Below, piece by piece: positions 62,904 to 64,000 of a stretch of 64,000 bases of DNA. Location: NCBI GenBank assembly GCA_963811165.1, contig CAWEQH010000010.1:288001-352000 (forward strand), read 5' to 3'. The first letter of the stretch is position 1. Each line of letters opens with the position of its first letter. This DNA is from an uncultured Nitrospiraceae bacterium (GTDB taxonomy: Bacteria > Nitrospirota > Thermodesulfovibrionia > Thermodesulfovibrionales > UBA6898). The position numbers and the translations under genes are program-made. The notes under the pieces were generated by a model. The model saw nothing but the letters and a program-made list of their open reading frames with translations. It was not told where the DNA came from and did no database searches.

Positions 62904-63373
62904 TCATTTAATCGGCCATCCTTTGGGAGTGGCCACATAAATATCCCTCTGCTGGCTTAGATAATCTTTTATTTCACTGATGCTTTCCATCGTTACCTTA
63001 ATCTGTTTCTTTAAGTTTTCCGAGTCTATTGAGCCACTGCCGGAAGTGTCAAGGTTCTCGAGTATTTTTTCCTTTGAGCCGAAGGAAAAAAGCCGCTTGA
63101 ACTCGGTATCTGCTTTCTTCAAACTCTCTATCGTGGCCTTAACTTCTACAAACTGCGTTGAATAATATTTAAGCCGCTCGTTCATCTCCTTATAGTGCAC
63201 CGCATTTACTGCGATAGAAAAGAGATATATAGTGGCCCCTGCCCATAAAATATCGAAGCAATGACGCCAAGCTAAGGGAGTTGAATGCTCCACGATTTTG
63301 AATCACTGTGAGGAACGACCATAATGGTCACCGGGGTAAAGAGCCTTTTCAGCAATTTTTTGATCTTATGCAT
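62904..63373 (-). pseudogene. M23 peptidase pseudogene lacking the catalytic domain
   Basis: MHKIKK...TIMVVPHS start, in-frame TAG 63272-63274, frameshift near 63248, coiled coil, ends at ATPKGWP. Confidence 0.7.
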
Positions 63374-64000
63374 ATCTGACCCCCTTTATTCCCTTTTTGA
63401 TACGTCCTATCATGTAAGACACATAACCCTTCTTCCTTAACTCGTCGATGGCTCTCTTTCCTTCCTTTTCGCTGACGACAACGATTAACCCAAGACCCAA
63501 ATTAAAGGTCCTTTTCATGTCCTCTTCAGGTACATTGCCGGCCCTGCGAATCACCGAAAATATGGCAGGTTCGGGCCAAGACCCCTTTTCAAGCACTGCC
63601 CCGAGACCTTTAGGAAAAATTCTGGGGAGATTCCCGGGAATACCACCTCCAGTAATATGCGCTATTCCTTTCACATCCACCTTATCTTTTATCGCCTGAA
63701 ATGCCTTCACATAGATAGTGGTGGGTTTTAAGAGTTCATCACCCAGTGAAACGCCTATCTCAGGGAGGACTTTATTTGCGCTCATTTGCCTGGAATCAAA
63801 TAAGACCTTCCTCGCCAGGGAGTACCCATTGCTATGGAGCCCGCTTGAAGGAATTCCGATTAACGAGTCCCCGTCCTTAATCCGCCTCCCGTCAATCAGC
63901 TTTCTTCTTTCGACAACTCCGACGGCGAATCCTGAGAGATCATATTCGCCACGCGCGTAAAACCCGGGCATCTCCGCGGTCTCGCCTCCGACAAGCGAAC
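63366..64000 (-). CDS. purM: Phosphoribosylformylglycinamidine cyclo-ligase (5' truncated by window edge)
   Basis: GGETAEMPG, SSGLHSNGYSL, HITGGG and TFNLG. Confidence 0.96.
   Translation of the reverse strand, partial: SLVGGETAEMPGFYARGEYDLSGFAVGVVERRKLIDGRRIKDGDSLIGIPSSGLHSNGYSLARKVLFDSRQMSANKVLPEIGVSLGDELLKPTTIYVKAFQAIKDKVDVKGIAHITGGGIPGNLPRIFPKGLGAVLEKGSWPEPAIFSVIRRAGNVPEEDMKRTFNLGLGLIVVVSEKEGKRAIDELRKKGYVSYMIGRIKKGIKGVRYA

Noticed and set aside
63272..63274. In-frame TAG as possible pyrrolysine
   Set aside because: Accompanied by a frameshift and deletions, so it is decay rather than recoding

Overview
A 64 kb chromosomal segment from an anaerobic, selenocysteine-using bacterium. Gene content and order suggest Nitrospirota (Thermodesulfovibrionia-like); this is an inference. 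Most of the window is housekeeping: secA, clpC, ffh-rpsP-khpA-rimM-trmD-rplS-rnhB, miaB/mtaB, tatBC, purN/purM, fhs, ppdK, tRNA-Gly. It also carries several c-di-GMP genes, a peptide ABC transporter and one IS1202-like element with a 16-bp target duplication. The main observation is a complete Hyd-2-type (hybOABCD) [NiFe]-hydrogenase operon whose large subunit has an in-frame TGA at the second Cys of the N-terminal motif (C61-G-V-U64). A SECIS-like hairpin follows the TGA, while the C-terminal DPCxxC motif is all-Cys. This would place selenocysteine at a Ni-Fe bridging position rather than the terminal position used by classical [NiFeSe] enzymes. A second selenoprotein (TlpA-like, UxxC, with its own SECIS-like hairpin) supports UGA recoding in this organism. 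Also seen: a XerCD dif site at 34014-34041 with a KOPS polarity switch (replication terminus), a probable CC-only tRNA nucleotidyltransferase, pseudogenes of mdh and of an M23-bactofilin cell-shape locus, and a +1 frameshift in ffh that is probably an assembly error.
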